From: an uncultured Nitrososphaeraceae archaeon
GTDB taxonomy: Archaea > Thermoproteota > Nitrososphaeria > Nitrososphaerales > Nitrososphaeraceae
Assembly (NCBI GenBank): GCA_963765895.1
Contig: CAVXZB010000019.1
Coordinates: 320,001-384,000 of the forward strand
DNA length: 64,000 bases
Direction of reading: 5' to 3'
Shown: one piece after another, positions 30,814 through 42,294 of the stretch
How the letters are laid out: the number at the start of each line of letters is the position of its first letter
How positions within the stretch are numbered: the first letter of the stretch is position 1
Position numbers and translations under genes: made by a program
Notes under the pieces: generated by a model
Databases searched by the model: none
Told to the model about the DNA's origin: nothing
What the model saw: only the letters and a program-made list of their open reading frames with translations

Positions 30814-32117
30814 CTATGATACCAATTCGGACTGAGGTAGAATGTCTGCTCCCAATCTTCTCATCTCACTAACAAACTGTGGGTATGAAACATCAACAGA
30901 CTCGGCCCCATTTACCTCCGACTTACTAGTAAGCATGGAAGCAATAGTGAAGGCCATAAACAATCTGTGATCGTCATGGGCATCTAAGTTCGCATTTCTT
31001 AAAGTTTCTGGTGCATTTATTCTAAGTTTGTCTGATTCTTCTTTAACAGATACACCCAATTTTACAAGTTCCTGCGATATATTCGCCACTCGGTCTGTCT
31101 CCTTTAATCTAGCGTGCTCTATTCCTTCAATATACACCGATGAAGACGCTTTTAAGGCCAGTACAGAAACGACCGGTAATAGGTCTGGACTATCTGTAAG
31201 TTCGAAATGTCCTCCGTTCAGCACCTCACATCCGTAAATTTTTGCCTCTCCCTTGTCGGTATCAATTACAATGCGACCTCCCATTTTTCTTATAATATCT
31301 ATGATTTTTGAATCCCCCTGAGGCAATCGAAAATCCAATCCCTCGATTATTACTTCATTGCCTGTTAGAACACCGGCGGCCATCACCATAGCAGCCTGAG
31401 GAGAAATCAGACGGTATCCTGAATGTAGTTCCTTTATAAGATCCAGGATCGACTGAAAGCATCGTATCCGCAGAGCCACTTACCTTGGCACCAAACCTAT
31501 CCATTGTAGTAATCGTCGCATCAATATACGGCCTTGATACTTGTCTTCCGATTATCTCAATCCTAGTTGGAGAATCAGCACGTACACTAGTAAGAAGCAA
31601 CGAGGATACAAACTGACTCGAAACATTTCCCATGATCTTGGCTGTTCCTCCTCTCATTCCTCCTCCTCTTGTGATTAGAGGAGGAGTACCATCATCTTTA
31701 GATGAGCAGCACTTAACCCCTAGCTGCTGCAAACCTAGAATCAGCGGATTCATTGGTCTTCTCCTTAAGCTAGCATCACCGGTCAATATGGTAAATCCTC
31801 CGCTAGTCAAAGAGGATATAGCAGCAATCATTCTAATTGTAGTCCCAGAGTTCTCAGCGTTGATCACATTCTCCGGGACTTTCAAACGATCACGTCCTTG
31901 TATTAATAATTTACCATGTTCGTATTCTATGTCGACACCTAGAGCCTTGCATGCATAGACAGTAGCAAGTGTGTCTCGAGCTAGTAACGGATTTCCAATT
32001 TTTGAATGACCGTCAGCAAGTGAAGCGAGCAGCTACTGCTCTATGAGTATAACTCTTGCTTGAGGGGCACTGAACTTTGCCTGAAATTTGTGATCTTTTA
32101 ACAATAATACTAGTCAA
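30814..32117 (-). CDS. aroA: EPSP synthase (two single-base insertions, ~32030 and ~31398)
   Basis: TTG start, PSSKSYTHR, NSGTTIR, RRPM, SSQFVS, KETDR, DDHR, SYP across three frames. Confidence 0.9.
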
Positions 32118-32949
32118 TTACTTCCACACTTGCTTTCTTGTTGTTTAATTTAGAAACTAGTATTTTTCCATCATATCGCGAGAATGCAGCCATTATACTA
32201 TCTTTGTTCTCTAAATAAGTAACCGCTGCTGTAGATGGTCCGTTACCAGATATTGATGCGGACAATGCACCGGCCTTGAGCGCATCCAATGCAGGCCTGG
32301 AATCAAATCCAGATATACTAGACATGATCACTCCGTTTAATTTCATGGCCTTCCAGTATTTTCCAGATTTTGCTAAATTAAATGAGTCGAAAAAGAGATC
32401 AGACATTATTGGTAGATGAGATATGAAATCTCCTCTTGTTTCTTGCGCTGGCAAAAATATCAAGGCGTATAAGTCTTCTGGAGCTCTATAATGCTTGAGT
32501 AATTCATGTGAACGATTATCAGTAATAACTATGCCTCCATAATAACACGCAGCTGCGTCATCAAACGCTCCTGTAATGGTCACACCAGCTTTGACCGATG
32601 CAGCAACTGCCGACTCTAATACACATTTATCATCTAAGTTATCGCCAGTTATCTTGAAGCATGCAAGTGATAGAGCGCTGGTGACGGCGCTAGAGCTTTT
32701 CAAGCCGTAACCAGCAGGAATTTCTGATGTGATTTTAATGTTTATCTGATTTTGCGAAACGATATCTTTTGGTAAAATTATCAAAGCCAAATCTTCAAGT
32801 AATTCTTTACCGATCTCTGTCTGGACTTTTATTCCTCTTCCTTTAGAAAGGCTTACTTCTGCGCTAACTTTAAGGGAAATTCCGACAGCAGAGCCATATC
32901 CTGTACCGATAGCATTTAGTATAGATATTGCACCATGTACTGTAGCCAT
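32110..32949 (-). CDS. aroK: Archaeal (GHMP-type) shikimate kinase
   Basis: IPAGYGLKSSSA, TGAFDDA, SGNGPS. Confidence 0.93.
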   Translation of the reverse strand: MATVHGAISILNAIGTGYGSAVGISLKVSAEVSLSKGRGIKVQTEIGKELLEDLALIILPKDIVSQNQINIKITSEIPAGYGLKSSSAVTSALSLACFKITGDNLDDKCVLESAVAASVKAGVTITGAFDDAAACYYGGIVITDNRSHELLKHYRAPEDLYALIFLPAQETRGDFISHLPIMSDLFFDSFNLAKSGKYWKAMKLNGVIMSSISGFDSRPALDALKAGALSASISGNGPSTAAVTYLENKDSIMAAFSRYDGKILVSKLNNKKASVEVID

Positions 32950-32969
32950 AACATGCCTCTTCAGATAAA

Positions 32970-33815
32970 TTATTCACCAAATGGTCCAAGCAATGCTTTT
33001 TTCATTACCTCTAATGGAGCAGGAATTCCGGTCCAGATTTGGAAGGATTCAGCACCCTGTTCTAGTAACATCTCGTACCCATAGACTACGGTAGCTCCTG
33101 CCTGTTTAGCGTTTTTAAGAAAATCAGTAAGAACTGGCTTATATACGATGTCATAAACTATACTATCAGTTGGGATATTTTGAGCACCAATGATAGATTT
33201 TTCATCGTGCATTCCCAGAGGCAGCGTGTTAACTATCATATCTGCTCGGTTCGAGAGTAATAGTACTTCGTCTAGGCTAAAAGATTCACACTTTGCTCCC
33301 AGTGTATTTCCAATCTTAGCTAGTTCCTTAGCTCTGCCTATGTTCCGATTTATAACAGAGATCTTCGGATTCTCAGCTTTACTTGATAGAGCAACAATTA
33401 CTGCGCGTGCTGCCCCGCCAGCTCCTAATAGTAAAATATTTAATCCATTCAGATTTATCCCCCTCTTCACTAATGGTCTGAGGAATCCGCCAACATCAGT
33501 ATTGTAGCCGTAGAGTTCACCGTCAACATTTTTAACTGTGTTCACAGCACCTGCTTGAGTTGCAACCCTATCCAAGACATCAATATACTTCACCATTCTT
33601 GTTTTGTGCGGTATAGTGACATTGAATCCCGCAAGCCTTACCTCCTTCAAGGAACAAATAGAGGCTGCCAATTCCGAATATGTTACCCTATACGCAATGT
33701 ATGAACTCTCAAGTTTAAGAAAATTAAAGGCAGCGTTATGCATTGCAGGGGATAAGGAGTGTTCTATAGGGTCGCCAATTATGCAATATGTCTTAATGGA
33801 TTTCTCCAATCCCAT
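32970..33815 (-). CDS. aroE: Shikimate dehydrogenase
   Basis: HSLSPAMHN, NVTIPHK, GAVNT, NTD, GAGGAA, YDIVY. Confidence 0.95.
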   Translation of the reverse strand: MGLEKSIKTYCIIGDPIEHSLSPAMHNAAFNFLKLESSYIAYRVTYSELAASICSLKEVRLAGFNVTIPHKTRMVKYIDVLDRVATQAGAVNTVKNVDGELYGYNTDVGGFLRPLVKRGINLNGLNILLLGAGGAARAVIVALSSKAENPKISVINRNIGRAKELAKIGNTLGAKCESFSLDEVLLLSNRADMIVNTLPLGMHDEKSIIGAQNIPTDSIVYDIVYKPVLTDFLKNAKQAGATVVYGYEMLLEQGAESFQIWTGIPAPLEVMKKALLGPFGE

Positions 33816-34494
33816 TCTTCATAAACATTCCATAATATAACCTTCTCATCTGATATATCGATAATTGTCCTGGCGCCAGTGCACTTCTCAGGGAGGCATA
33901 AGTAAATGGCGCAGTTTTATACAGGGCACACAGTACCCTCGACAAAATGCCCTTTTCACCCATAGCAAAAGCTATTAGATTTAAACCCTCGGCGTCTCTA
34001 TACAAATCTAATACTGAGATTGCGTCCTCAATGCTCTGAGCCATCGTAACAATCTTGATGTAATTGCTCATTAGCTTCATTTTAGACATAAGCGCTCTTA
34101 GCTCATCTGTATTCGGTGTCCGCTGGTCGTTATGCCAAGATATAAGTATTGTTGTATTATTTTTTTTGAAATAGTTCATAAGATCATCATTTATCCTTAG
34201 AATATTGAATTCTATATCTAGTAGCATCGGCCCTGAATCGGCAAGTCTGGTTAACCAGAATGTTCGTTCTTCGTTACTGCCTCTGAATTTTCCTAACTCG
34301 CTTTCGTTTCGCAAAGTGTAAACGGATTTGCTCTTAATTTTTTCGGTTATTCGAAGTGCTTCGTCAAAATCTGAACTTCTCAAAAAGTCAAATCGAATTT
34401 CTAGAAAATCTGCTCCAGAATTTTGAGCTTTTGAAAGATCGTTTTCAAGCTGCTCCAAGTTCTCAGCGGCAATTGAGACACATATCTTTGGCAA
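33793..34494 (-). CDS. aroD: Type I 3-dehydroquinate dehydratase
   Basis: EIRFD, ISWH, IKIVT, AMGEKG.LSR, APGQ. Confidence 0.92.
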   Translation of the reverse strand: MPKICVSIAAENLEQLENDLSKAQNSGADFLEIRFDFLRSSDFDEALRITEKIKSKSVYTLRNESELGKFRGSNEERTFWLTRLADSGPMLLDIEFNILRINDDLMNYFKKNNTTILISWHNDQRTPNTDELRALMSKMKLMSNYIKIVTMAQSIEDAISVLDLYRDAEGLNLIAFAMGEKGILSRVLCALYKTAPFTYASLRSALAPGQLSIYQMRRLYYGMFMKNGIGEIH

Positions 34495-34859
34495 TACACC
34501 TAATACAAAAGAATTGGATTATTAACTTGTTCTAAGACATCGCAGACAACCGACCTCAATCCATCAAATCTGATCGCATAAGTTAAATTAAGTCGTATGC
34601 ATAGACATCAAGTCAATAAGCACCACCTCGCAAACAACAAAAAAATGCTGCCAATTTTTGAATTGGCATATAGAACATTAGTATTAATTGTATGATAATC
34701 ATATTAATCTTGGATTAAATATTTGCCAAAATACATTATAGTTTAAATAATACAGAATAAGAAATCAATGCAAAAGACTTTCCATATTTAGGGGGATTAA
34801 CGCTGGTTGCTGTGACCTATAAATTTGAAGAGATAAAGTACGCAACCCCGGGGAATTAG

Positions 34860-35735
34860 TCATCGATGAACGAAGTGGGAGGGAATCTTTCTCCAATTTG
34901 CTATGAGAGCATTTGGTCTTATATGCAGGCCTTCTTCTTTCAACCTATCTCTAGCTAATTTGACGTAGTCTTCGATGATATCCATTCCAACATATCGCCG
35001 TTTAAAGTGTGAGGCGACCTTGGTGGTTTGACCGCTGCCATTGAATGGATCCAGGATTGTGTCACCTTTGTAAGAATACAGCTTCATCAATCGATATGGT
35101 ATCTCCTCAGGGAACGGACACGGATGGTTTATGTAACCCGGAGGGACAGGGGCAATATGCCATACCGAATTTGCTATTTCCTTGGTCCATTCTTCGTGAG
35201 TCGCTGGCAATGCATCTCTTCTTTGGTTTCTACCTGAGTTCACGTTTCCTTTCCGGAGGACCAGAATAAATTCGTGCATTATATTGGCTCGATAATACTT
35301 TGGATAGGGATTTATTACAAATGATCCATATCTATTGGTTCCGCCTGTAACTTTATGCCAAATGATTTCCTCATGGAGATTCCACTTCCCATAAGGTTCA
35401 ACGAGTCTAGAAAGAAGCATATGAGGCAATGGTAACAAAGTCCCATTTACCAATTCGTTACCAATAACTATACAACAATATCCACCCTCTTTAGTTACGC
35501 GAAATATGCTTTCGTTAAATATCTGCACCATATCAGATAAGTAATCGGAGGTTTCCTGTCTCAGTCTACCACGAAAGTATCCTCCATTCTTCGAAACATG
35601 CATATCGTAATCAATTGCATTTCGGTATGGAGGAGACGTGATAGTCAGCTGGATAGATTCAGGAGCTATCTTTTCTAGAACTGATTTGCAATGACCTACT
35701 GTGATCGTATTGAGAAGGCTTTCTTGAAGTAACAT
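34860..35735 (-). CDS. Beta-class N4-C/N6-A DNA methyltransferase (orphan)
   Basis: Catalytic TSPPY precedes SAM-binding DPFNGSGQT; IIWHK, HPCPFP. Confidence 0.9.
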   Translation of the reverse strand: MLLQESLLNTITVGHCKSVLEKIAPESIQLTITSPPYRNAIDYDMHVSKNGGYFRGRLRQETSDYLSDMVQIFNESIFRVTKEGGYCCIVIGNELVNGTLLPLPHMLLSRLVEPYGKWNLHEEIIWHKVTGGTNRYGSFVINPYPKYYRANIMHEFILVLRKGNVNSGRNQRRDALPATHEEWTKEIANSVWHIAPVPPGYINHPCPFPEEIPYRLMKLYSYKGDTILDPFNGSGQTTKVASHFKRRYVGMDIIEDYVKLARDRLKEEGLHIRPNALIANWRKIPSHFVHR

Positions 35736-35838
35736 GGATATTAAGAAGTAAGTGTATCAATATGGCGTATACTTTAAAATAATAAACATCCAGATAAATA
35801 AATATTATTTTCTCAGAACATCATATATCTCACATATC

Positions 35839-36891
35839 TCATTTCTCTATCAGATATTCATCTATTTCCATACCGAAATGTCTGCCTGAGCCTTGCTTTA
35901 CTGACCCCAGGATCCTATCGCCAATTTTCAATTCCGTGACTGACACTATTGATCCATTCGATTTCACAAGTCTTATAGTTTCTGCATTCTGCAGGATTGT
36001 AGTACCAACTATACCCTCAGTCTCACCTTTGATTAGTTTAAGGGGCCGAGTTTCAATTTTTGATCTGCCAACGATAACCCGTCGAGATGCTCCGTTGGTA
36101 TTAACGGCCAAAATTTCAGAGCCTGCTTCAAGTTCCGAGAGATACTTTGTCTTACCCTCAGGAGTAAGAGTGTAGCAATGTACTGCTCCAGCATTCACCC
36201 TGAATGGTCGCGGTGATGTAAAAGACGATCCTATAGATTCATTATGAACCAAGAATAGGAAGTTTGATTTGCTACCAATCAACATCCCTTCGCCTGTTGC
36301 GAGTATTGACGTAGTATCTACACAAACTCGTTCTCCAATGCCGACGTCGATTACATCTGTGATGTTAATTTCTTGGATAGGTAATGTTCTGTTCTCCATA
36401 TAATTTTTAGAGTCACTTACTTCTTGCTCACTGTTGGTATCAAGTATTACTCCGTCGACTCCGAGCTCTAGAACCCCAAACATTGTTCGTACTTCTTCAG
36501 AATTTTTGGCGGTTGTATAGATTTTAGTCTCTGACTTGTGTATTTTTGCTATTATATTTTCAAGGGGAATAATTTTCCAATCTACTGAATCAACAATAAC
36601 AAAATCAGCGCCCATCTGAGATGCTAGTAGTATATCTTCTATATCGCTATCGCTTTTTACCTCTTTATAAATTCCGATTGATTTTCCTGAACCTCTCGAT
36701 TTATTTAATTCTGTACTAGATTTACAAATCACCATATTAGCAGCTTCAGATTCGTACATTGTCTTGAATTTAGTTCCCTGCAATTTTCTTGGATTGATAT
36801 ATAGTACCTCGATATCAGTTAATTTAGAAAGAAAGTTTGGAAGGTCTGATTCGGAAACTCGAGGCTTGATAACTAAAGTTTTCTTATTCAT
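35839..36891 (-). CDS. 3-dehydroquinate synthase II (archaeal aroB')
   Basis: WKIIPLENIIA, RVCVDT, RPFRVNAG, LQNAETI, GRHFG. Confidence 0.93.
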   Translation of the reverse strand: MNKKTLVIKPRVSESDLPNFLSKLTDIEVLYINPRKLQGTKFKTMYESEAANMVICKSSTELNKSRGSGKSIGIYKEVKSDSDIEDILLASQMGADFVIVDSVDWKIIPLENIIAKIHKSETKIYTTAKNSEEVRTMFGVLELGVDGVILDTNSEQEVSDSKNYMENRTLPIQEINITDVIDVGIGERVCVDTTSILATGEGMLIGSKSNFLFLVHNESIGSSFTSPRPFRVNAGAVHCYTLTPEGKTKYLSELEAGSEILAVNTNGASRRVIVGRSKIETRPLKLIKGETEGIVGTTILQNAETIRLVKSNGSIVSVTELKIGDRILGSVKQGSGRHFGMEIDEYLIEK

Positions 36892-37678
36892 GTGTCGAGT
36901 CAAGGATTTTCATCGCCTCGTCCGATCGTTTACGCTTCATTATTATCTGATATAAAGCTCGCACCATTACTGGAGGACAAGGATGTTGAAATATATTTCT
37001 ACCAAATGTTACACCTCTAGCTCCAGCTTCCATTGCATCATAACACATATCTAAAATTTCCTTGTCGGTGTCAACTTTGGGTCCACCTGCAATAACTATT
37101 GGCACTGGACAGCCCTTGACTACCTTCCTAAATGATGACACGTCTCCTGTATATACTACTTTAATGAGATCTGCACCTGCCTCTGCTCCAATTCTCGCTG
37201 CATGGGCAACTACTTCGGGATCATTTGGATCCTTCACATTCTCTCCTCTTGCGTACATCATTGCGACTAGGGGGACGCTCCATTCATCACACTTATCAGA
37301 TATAGTTCCTAGGTTTTGCAGCATTTCCGGCTCCTCTTTTGCACCAACGTTAATATGAACAGATACAGCATCAGCGCCTAGACGTACTGCCTCTTCAACG
37401 CTCCCCAAAAGCATCTTTCTGTTGGGTGCGAGTCCCAGACTCGTACTGCCTGACAAATGGATTATTAGACCAATAGAAGTAGGTCTAGGCATTGACTTGA
37501 CTATTCCCTTGTTAACGAGAACACAGGTAAGTCCTACGTTTTCGCAGGAATAAATAAGGGTGTGTGCACTTTCCAAGCCCTGTATCGGTCCTAACGTTAG
37601 ACCATGGTCCATTGGAATGCAGAGCATCTTTCCCTCGTTTGTTATTCGGTTTAGTCTTATATCTCTGCCAAAAACCAT
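36884..37678 (-). CDS. 2-amino-3,7-dideoxy-D-threo-hept-6-ulosonate synthase (archaeal aroA')
   Basis: PMDHG, GADAVSVH, MMYARG, GADLIK, AGGPK, GRNIFQ; heads aro cluster. Confidence 0.9.
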   Translation of the reverse strand: MVFGRDIRLNRITNEGKMLCIPMDHGLTLGPIQGLESAHTLIYSCENVGLTCVLVNKGIVKSMPRPTSIGLIIHLSGSTSLGLAPNRKMLLGSVEEAVRLGADAVSVHINVGAKEEPEMLQNLGTISDKCDEWSVPLVAMMYARGENVKDPNDPEVVAHAARIGAEAGADLIKVVYTGDVSSFRKVVKGCPVPIVIAGGPKVDTDKEILDMCYDAMEAGARGVTFGRNIFQHPCPPVMVRALYQIIMKRKRSDEAMKILDSTHE

Positions 37679-37806
37679 TATTGTAACAAGAATTCCTTAC
37701 CTCCTTAAAAGTCATCTGGCATCGTTATCTTTCTAAGATTTTTATACCCACTATTAACACTAGTGGCTGTCGCATCATTACTTTAATATACAAATTCACA
37801 GAAATA

Positions 37807-39024
37807 ATGATTGTAGTGATTGACGCCAGAAATATAGGCCTTAGGAACATAGAGGTCGCTGATACAAAGATAAGTTCAATCGACGGGGAAAATGGAAAGT
37901 TAATTTACCGAGGTTATGATATTCTAGATTTGGTTAATCATTCCACCTTCGAGGAAACTGCATATCTGTTGATATTCGGTGAACTGCCAAATTCGGACGA
38001 GTTGGATGACTTTACAGAACGTATGATAGAAGCAAGATCCTTACCGAGTCCAATTCTCAGAAATCTCGTTAATAGGCCAAAACGAGCCGACCCTATGGAT
38101 GTTATTCAATCTGCCATATCAGAACTGCCAGATCATGATCTCAATATGGGAGAAGACTCAAAGAGTGCAAATATCAGAAGAGCAATTACTCTAATTGGTA
38201 AAATTCCCACGATCGTAGCCGCTTGGGATAGGATTAGGCATTCGCAGGATGTGGTTGAACCCCTAGAAGAAGGTAGCCATTCAGAGAATTTCCTTCATTT
38301 ACTCCGCGGAGAACATCCTACGAAAGAAGAGGCAAAAATATTTGATATTTCGCTAATTTTGCATGCGGAGCATAGTTTTAATGCTTCAACCTTTGCAGCA
38401 AGGGAAATCGCGTCAACCAGGGCGCATATGTATGCGGCCATTGCAGGTGCTGTTGGTGCCTTGTCAGGAGAACTTCATGGCGGAGCCAATGTTCAGGTGA
38501 TGAAAATGCTTCTTGAAATAGGGGGATCTAGTAGTGCCAGAGATTGGGTTCGCAACAGATTAAAAGAGGGGGGTAGAATAATGGGAATGGGTCATGCAGT
38601 GTATAGGACCACGGACCCTAGAGCAGAGGTCCTTCGGACTTTATCACATATAATTTCTAAAGAACAAAATACAAAATGGTTTGAAATAACAGAACAAGTT
38701 GAAAAGGCAACTCAAGAATTCATGATTGCGAATAAGGGACAATCAATCTATGCGAATGTTGATCTCTATAGCGCTTCCCTTTACTACAGTCTGAACATCC
38801 CATTAGATCTCAATACTCCAATTTTTTCAATTGCTAGAGCAGCAGGATGGACCGCTCATGTTATAGAAGAAAAATTTGCGGAAGCGGCGCCAAAGCCAGC
38901 CCTATATCGACCGAAGGCATCTTATGTAGGTAAGTATTGTGGCCCAATGGGATGCGAATATATACCCATAACCAGCAGATTGAGTGAGGATCCGGATAAC
39001 AATGAAACGAGGAAGAGAACATAG
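37807..39024 (+). CDS. gltA: Citrate synthase
   Basis: LIYRGY, HAEHSFNASTF, LHGGAN, MGMGHAVY, NVD. Confidence 0.93.
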   Translation: MIVVIDARNIGLRNIEVADTKISSIDGENGKLIYRGYDILDLVNHSTFEETAYLLIFGELPNSDELDDFTERMIEARSLPSPILRNLVNRPKRADPMDVIQSAISELPDHDLNMGEDSKSANIRRAITLIGKIPTIVAAWDRIRHSQDVVEPLEEGSHSENFLHLLRGEHPTKEEAKIFDISLILHAEHSFNASTFAAREIASTRAHMYAAIAGAVGALSGELHGGANVQVMKMLLEIGGSSSARDWVRNRLKEGGRIMGMGHAVYRTTDPRAEVLRTLSHIISKEQNTKWFEITEQVEKATQEFMIANKGQSIYANVDLYSASLYYSLNIPLDLNTPIFSIARAAGWTAHVIEEKFAEAAPKPALYRPKASYVGKYCGPMGCEYIPITSRLSEDPDNNETRKRT

Positions 39025-39075
39025 AATGGAAAAACAAATCAATTTGGAATCCAGCATTAACGGGCTAATGCAAAT

Positions 39076-39555
39076 TTGAGGGTAAGTGTTCTATCTAAGA
39101 CAGAAACATCTAGAATAATTGATTTGCTACGTGTTAACTGGCCTTTTAATAGCATTCCAAAAATAAAGACATTAAAGGTATATGAGGCTGAAAAGAACAA
39201 GTTTTTACTAAAAGCTGAGGACTTTGTAGCAGCAAGGGTTGATGAGCATCTAGTCCCATTTGTGGGAAGTGAGGATCTTTTGCGGCATTTTCCATTCGTT
39301 ACGGTTGATATGAAGGCAGTCAAGTTCGTTTGCAACGGGGCCAATATTATGAGACCAGGTATCACTACTTTTCAATTCTTTGAAAAGGATTCTATCGTAG
39401 TGATCAAGGACGAAAGTCACTTCAAAGCACTGTCCGTGGGCATCGCGCTAGAGAGTAGCGCCGATGCAACTCCAAAAAATAGGGGCTGCATAATCTGTAA
39501 TATTCATTACGTAGGCGATAGGGTTTGGGAAATGTATAAGAAAATAGGAGACTAA
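39076..39555 (+). CDS. PUA-domain RNA-binding protein (Tma20/MCTS1-like)
   Basis: VDMKAVKFVCNGANIMRPGI, HYVGD. Confidence 0.85.
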   Translation: MRVSVLSKTETSRIIDLLRVNWPFNSIPKIKTLKVYEAEKNKFLLKAEDFVAARVDEHLVPFVGSEDLLRHFPFVTVDMKAVKFVCNGANIMRPGITTFQFFEKDSIVVIKDESHFKALSVGIALESSADATPKNRGCIICNIHYVGDRVWEMYKKIGD

Positions 39556-39630
39556 AAGAACAGGCCTTGTTCATCTTGTGTAATTACTTTCTATTTGTTC
39601 GCGATACAGGTTAATTGGTCTCTTCCGTAT

Positions 39631-42294
39631 TTATGTTATTGAATTAACTGTGGAAGACAATCTCTTTCTGATACTTGATTGTGCAGCTGACAGAATAGCA
39701 ATGGGTATACGTCTTGGTGAGGTGCTGATATAGTCTAGCCCTAATTCGCTAAAGAAATCGATTGAAGCAGGATCGCCTCCATGTTCTCCGCAAATGCCAA
39801 TCTTGACTTTCTTACCAGTCTGCCTGGTCTGCATGGTGGCTAATTTCATTAACATTCCAACTCCTTCTCCGTCAATTGTTTGGAACGGGTTAATGGAGAT
39901 AATCTTCTGATCAATGTATGCCGCAAGAAACTTGCTTTCAGCATCCTCCCTGCTAAAGCTGAAAGTAGCTTGAGTAAGATCATTGGTACCAAAACTTATA
40001 AAATCCACACATGTCGAAATTTTACCAGCAATAAGACAAGAGCGGACCACTTCAATCATACTTCCAAATTCGATGTTCAATCTAAGTTTGTACTTCAATT
40101 CTACTGCTTTCTTTACATTTTCGAAGATGCCTTTGATGGCTTTCAATTCTTGTATCATACTTACCTGAGGAACCAAGATTTGAGGATGTACTGCAACACC
40201 GTTATGCTTTAATTCTGCTGCGGCCTCACAGATAGCATTAATCTGTGATTCATATATTTCTGGATAGGAAATTCCAACTCTAACCCCGCGGTGCCCCAGC
40301 ATCGGATTGGATTCTTTCAGTTCGCGGACTCGTCGTAGCTCTAGTTCCTTTTCACGACCCAGTTGAATATCAGAACCGGGCCTTGACATTATGCCCTCGA
40401 TTTCAGATATGAGATCTTCCTCTCTAGGAAGAAACTCATGGAGTGGAGCATCGAGTAATCTAAGCGCCACCGGAAGATTTTGCATTTGTCTCAGAATATT
40501 TAGAAATACTGATTTCTGATGTATATTCAATTCCAGTAACATAAGCTTTCTTTCGTTGATATCATCTGTTAGAATCATTCTCTTAAACATATTTCCCGTA
40601 TCTTGCTCGGCAAACATCGTCTCAGTTCTACATAGTCCTATGCCTTGTGCGCCATATCTTCTAGCAAGTGCGGCATCGTCTGGGTTATCGGCATTGCCGC
40701 GGATTTCTATATTTTTTTCATTATTTGCCCATTGAAGTAATTCCGTTAGCTCTTTAGTAATTTTACTCGAGGTACTCCTGATTTCTCCTCGGTAAACTTT
40801 GCCTGTTGTACCATCTATTGTGATCTTTTGTCCTTCTTTGATGACATACTGACTTCTGAACGAATGACTCTGCCCTTCCAAGTCTCTAAATATTTGTGAA
40901 CAACCTACGACGCATGGCTTTCCCATCCCTCTTGCTACGACAATTGCGTGAGATGTTTTACCTCCCCTAAGTGTAACTACTCCGGCAGAAAAAATAAAGG
41001 CATAAGCATCTTCCGGTCGTACTTCATCTCTCACCAAAATTATTTGTTCCCCTATCCCAGCCATTTCTTTCGCTCTCATCAAATCAAATACCGCAATTCC
41101 ACAAGCAGATCCTGGTGAGGCCCCTATACCTAATGCAATTGGTTTAACGTGAACTTCCTGTTCAATACTTGGGTAGATCATCTGTTCGAGCGCGACAGGA
41201 TCAATTCTAGATATGGCAGTAGTCTTATCGATTAAGCCTTCGTGACAAAGATCGACAGAAGACTTAACAGTTGCGACTGCGCTCATCTCTGCAGGTCTAG
41301 TCTGCAATATATATAGATCATTCTCTTCCACAGTAAACTCTATTTGTTGAGGTTGCTTGAGTTGTTCTTCCAGAGTTTTGGCAATGTCTCTAAGCCTTGT
41401 TTCAACCTTTGGAAATTCCGAAGATAACTTTTCGATTGGACAGGGAATTGATCGTCCAGAAACTAGTTCTTCTCCCTGGCTATTGATGAGATACTCTCCA
41501 TACAGTTTTTTTTCACCAGATTCAGGACTTCTTGTAAACGCTATACCAGACATGCTCGTGCTTCCCAGATTTCCGAATACCATTGTCATTATAATAACTG
41601 CTGTCCCATTTGCCATCTCAGGGGGTATACCGCTAAACTTCCTATAGTCAGTTGCTTGCTTACTAGACCATGATTTTAAAACTGCATTTATAGAAAGTTC
41701 GAGTTGTCTATACGGATCTTCTGGGAAAGCTTTTCCTGTTTTTATTTTCCATACCTCCTTAAGAGATTGTACAATTTTTTGAAGGCCTTCTACATCTTGG
41801 ACTTTGGGCTCTCCGCATATTTTTAAAAGTACTGCTTCGTCAAGATCCAGTACGCTTTGGGTTAGCATATGAGCAAATCTACGATAACAATCCCAGGCAA
41901 AGGATTTCGATTTTTTCTTTGATGCTAATCCGACAACGGTTTCCTGGTTTAGGCCAACATTAAGAATTGTAGCCATCACTCCGGGCATTGATATTGACGA
42001 GCCGGATCGCACGGAAACCAATAATGGATCATTTGGATCTCCATATTTAAGGCCGACTTGTACTTCCAATTCTTTTATCGCCATCTTAACTTCATTCATA
42101 AGACCGTCAGGCAAACGTAAGCCTGCTTCGAAGAACTTTTCACATACCTCGGTTGTAATTATAAACCCCTGCGGGACGGGCAATTTCATTGCAGACATTT
42201 GAACAAGACCTTTTCCCTTTAGTCCCAATAGTCTTGAGCTCTCATTAACGCCTCGCTCAAAGGAGTATATTGGCATAAGTAAACTCTTGTGCAT
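39631..42294 (-). CDS. ppdK: Pyruvate, phosphate dikinase
   Basis: PLLVSVRSG, GGKTSHA phospho-His, GIGLCRTE, NPMLGHRG, FGTNDLTQ, CGEHGGDP. Confidence 0.92.
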   Translation of the reverse strand: MHKSLLMPIYSFERGVNESSRLLGLKGKGLVQMSAMKLPVPQGFIITTEVCEKFFEAGLRLPDGLMNEVKMAIKELEVQVGLKYGDPNDPLLVSVRSGSSISMPGVMATILNVGLNQETVVGLASKKKSKSFAWDCYRRFAHMLTQSVLDLDEAVLLKICGEPKVQDVEGLQKIVQSLKEVWKIKTGKAFPEDPYRQLELSINAVLKSWSSKQATDYRKFSGIPPEMANGTAVIIMTMVFGNLGSTSMSGIAFTRSPESGEKKLYGEYLINSQGEELVSGRSIPCPIEKLSSEFPKVETRLRDIAKTLEEQLKQPQQIEFTVEENDLYILQTRPAEMSAVATVKSSVDLCHEGLIDKTTAISRIDPVALEQMIYPSIEQEVHVKPIALGIGASPGSACGIAVFDLMRAKEMAGIGEQIILVRDEVRPEDAYAFIFSAGVVTLRGGKTSHAIVVARGMGKPCVVGCSQIFRDLEGQSHSFRSQYVIKEGQKITIDGTTGKVYRGEIRSTSSKITKELTELLQWANNEKNIEIRGNADNPDDAALARRYGAQGIGLCRTETMFAEQDTGNMFKRMILTDDINERKLMLLELNIHQKSVFLNILRQMQNLPVALRLLDAPLHEFLPREEDLISEIEGIMSRPGSDIQLGREKELELRRVRELKESNPMLGHRGVRVGISYPEIYESQINAICEAAAELKHNGVAVHPQILVPQVSMIQELKAIKGIFENVKKAVELKYKLRLNIEFGSMIEVVRSCLIAGKISTCVDFISFGTNDLTQATFSFSREDAESKFLAAYIDQKIISINPFQTIDGEGVGMLMKLATMQTRQTGKKVKIGICGEHGGDPASIDFFSELGLDYISTSPRRIPIAILSAAQSSIRKRLSSTVNSIT

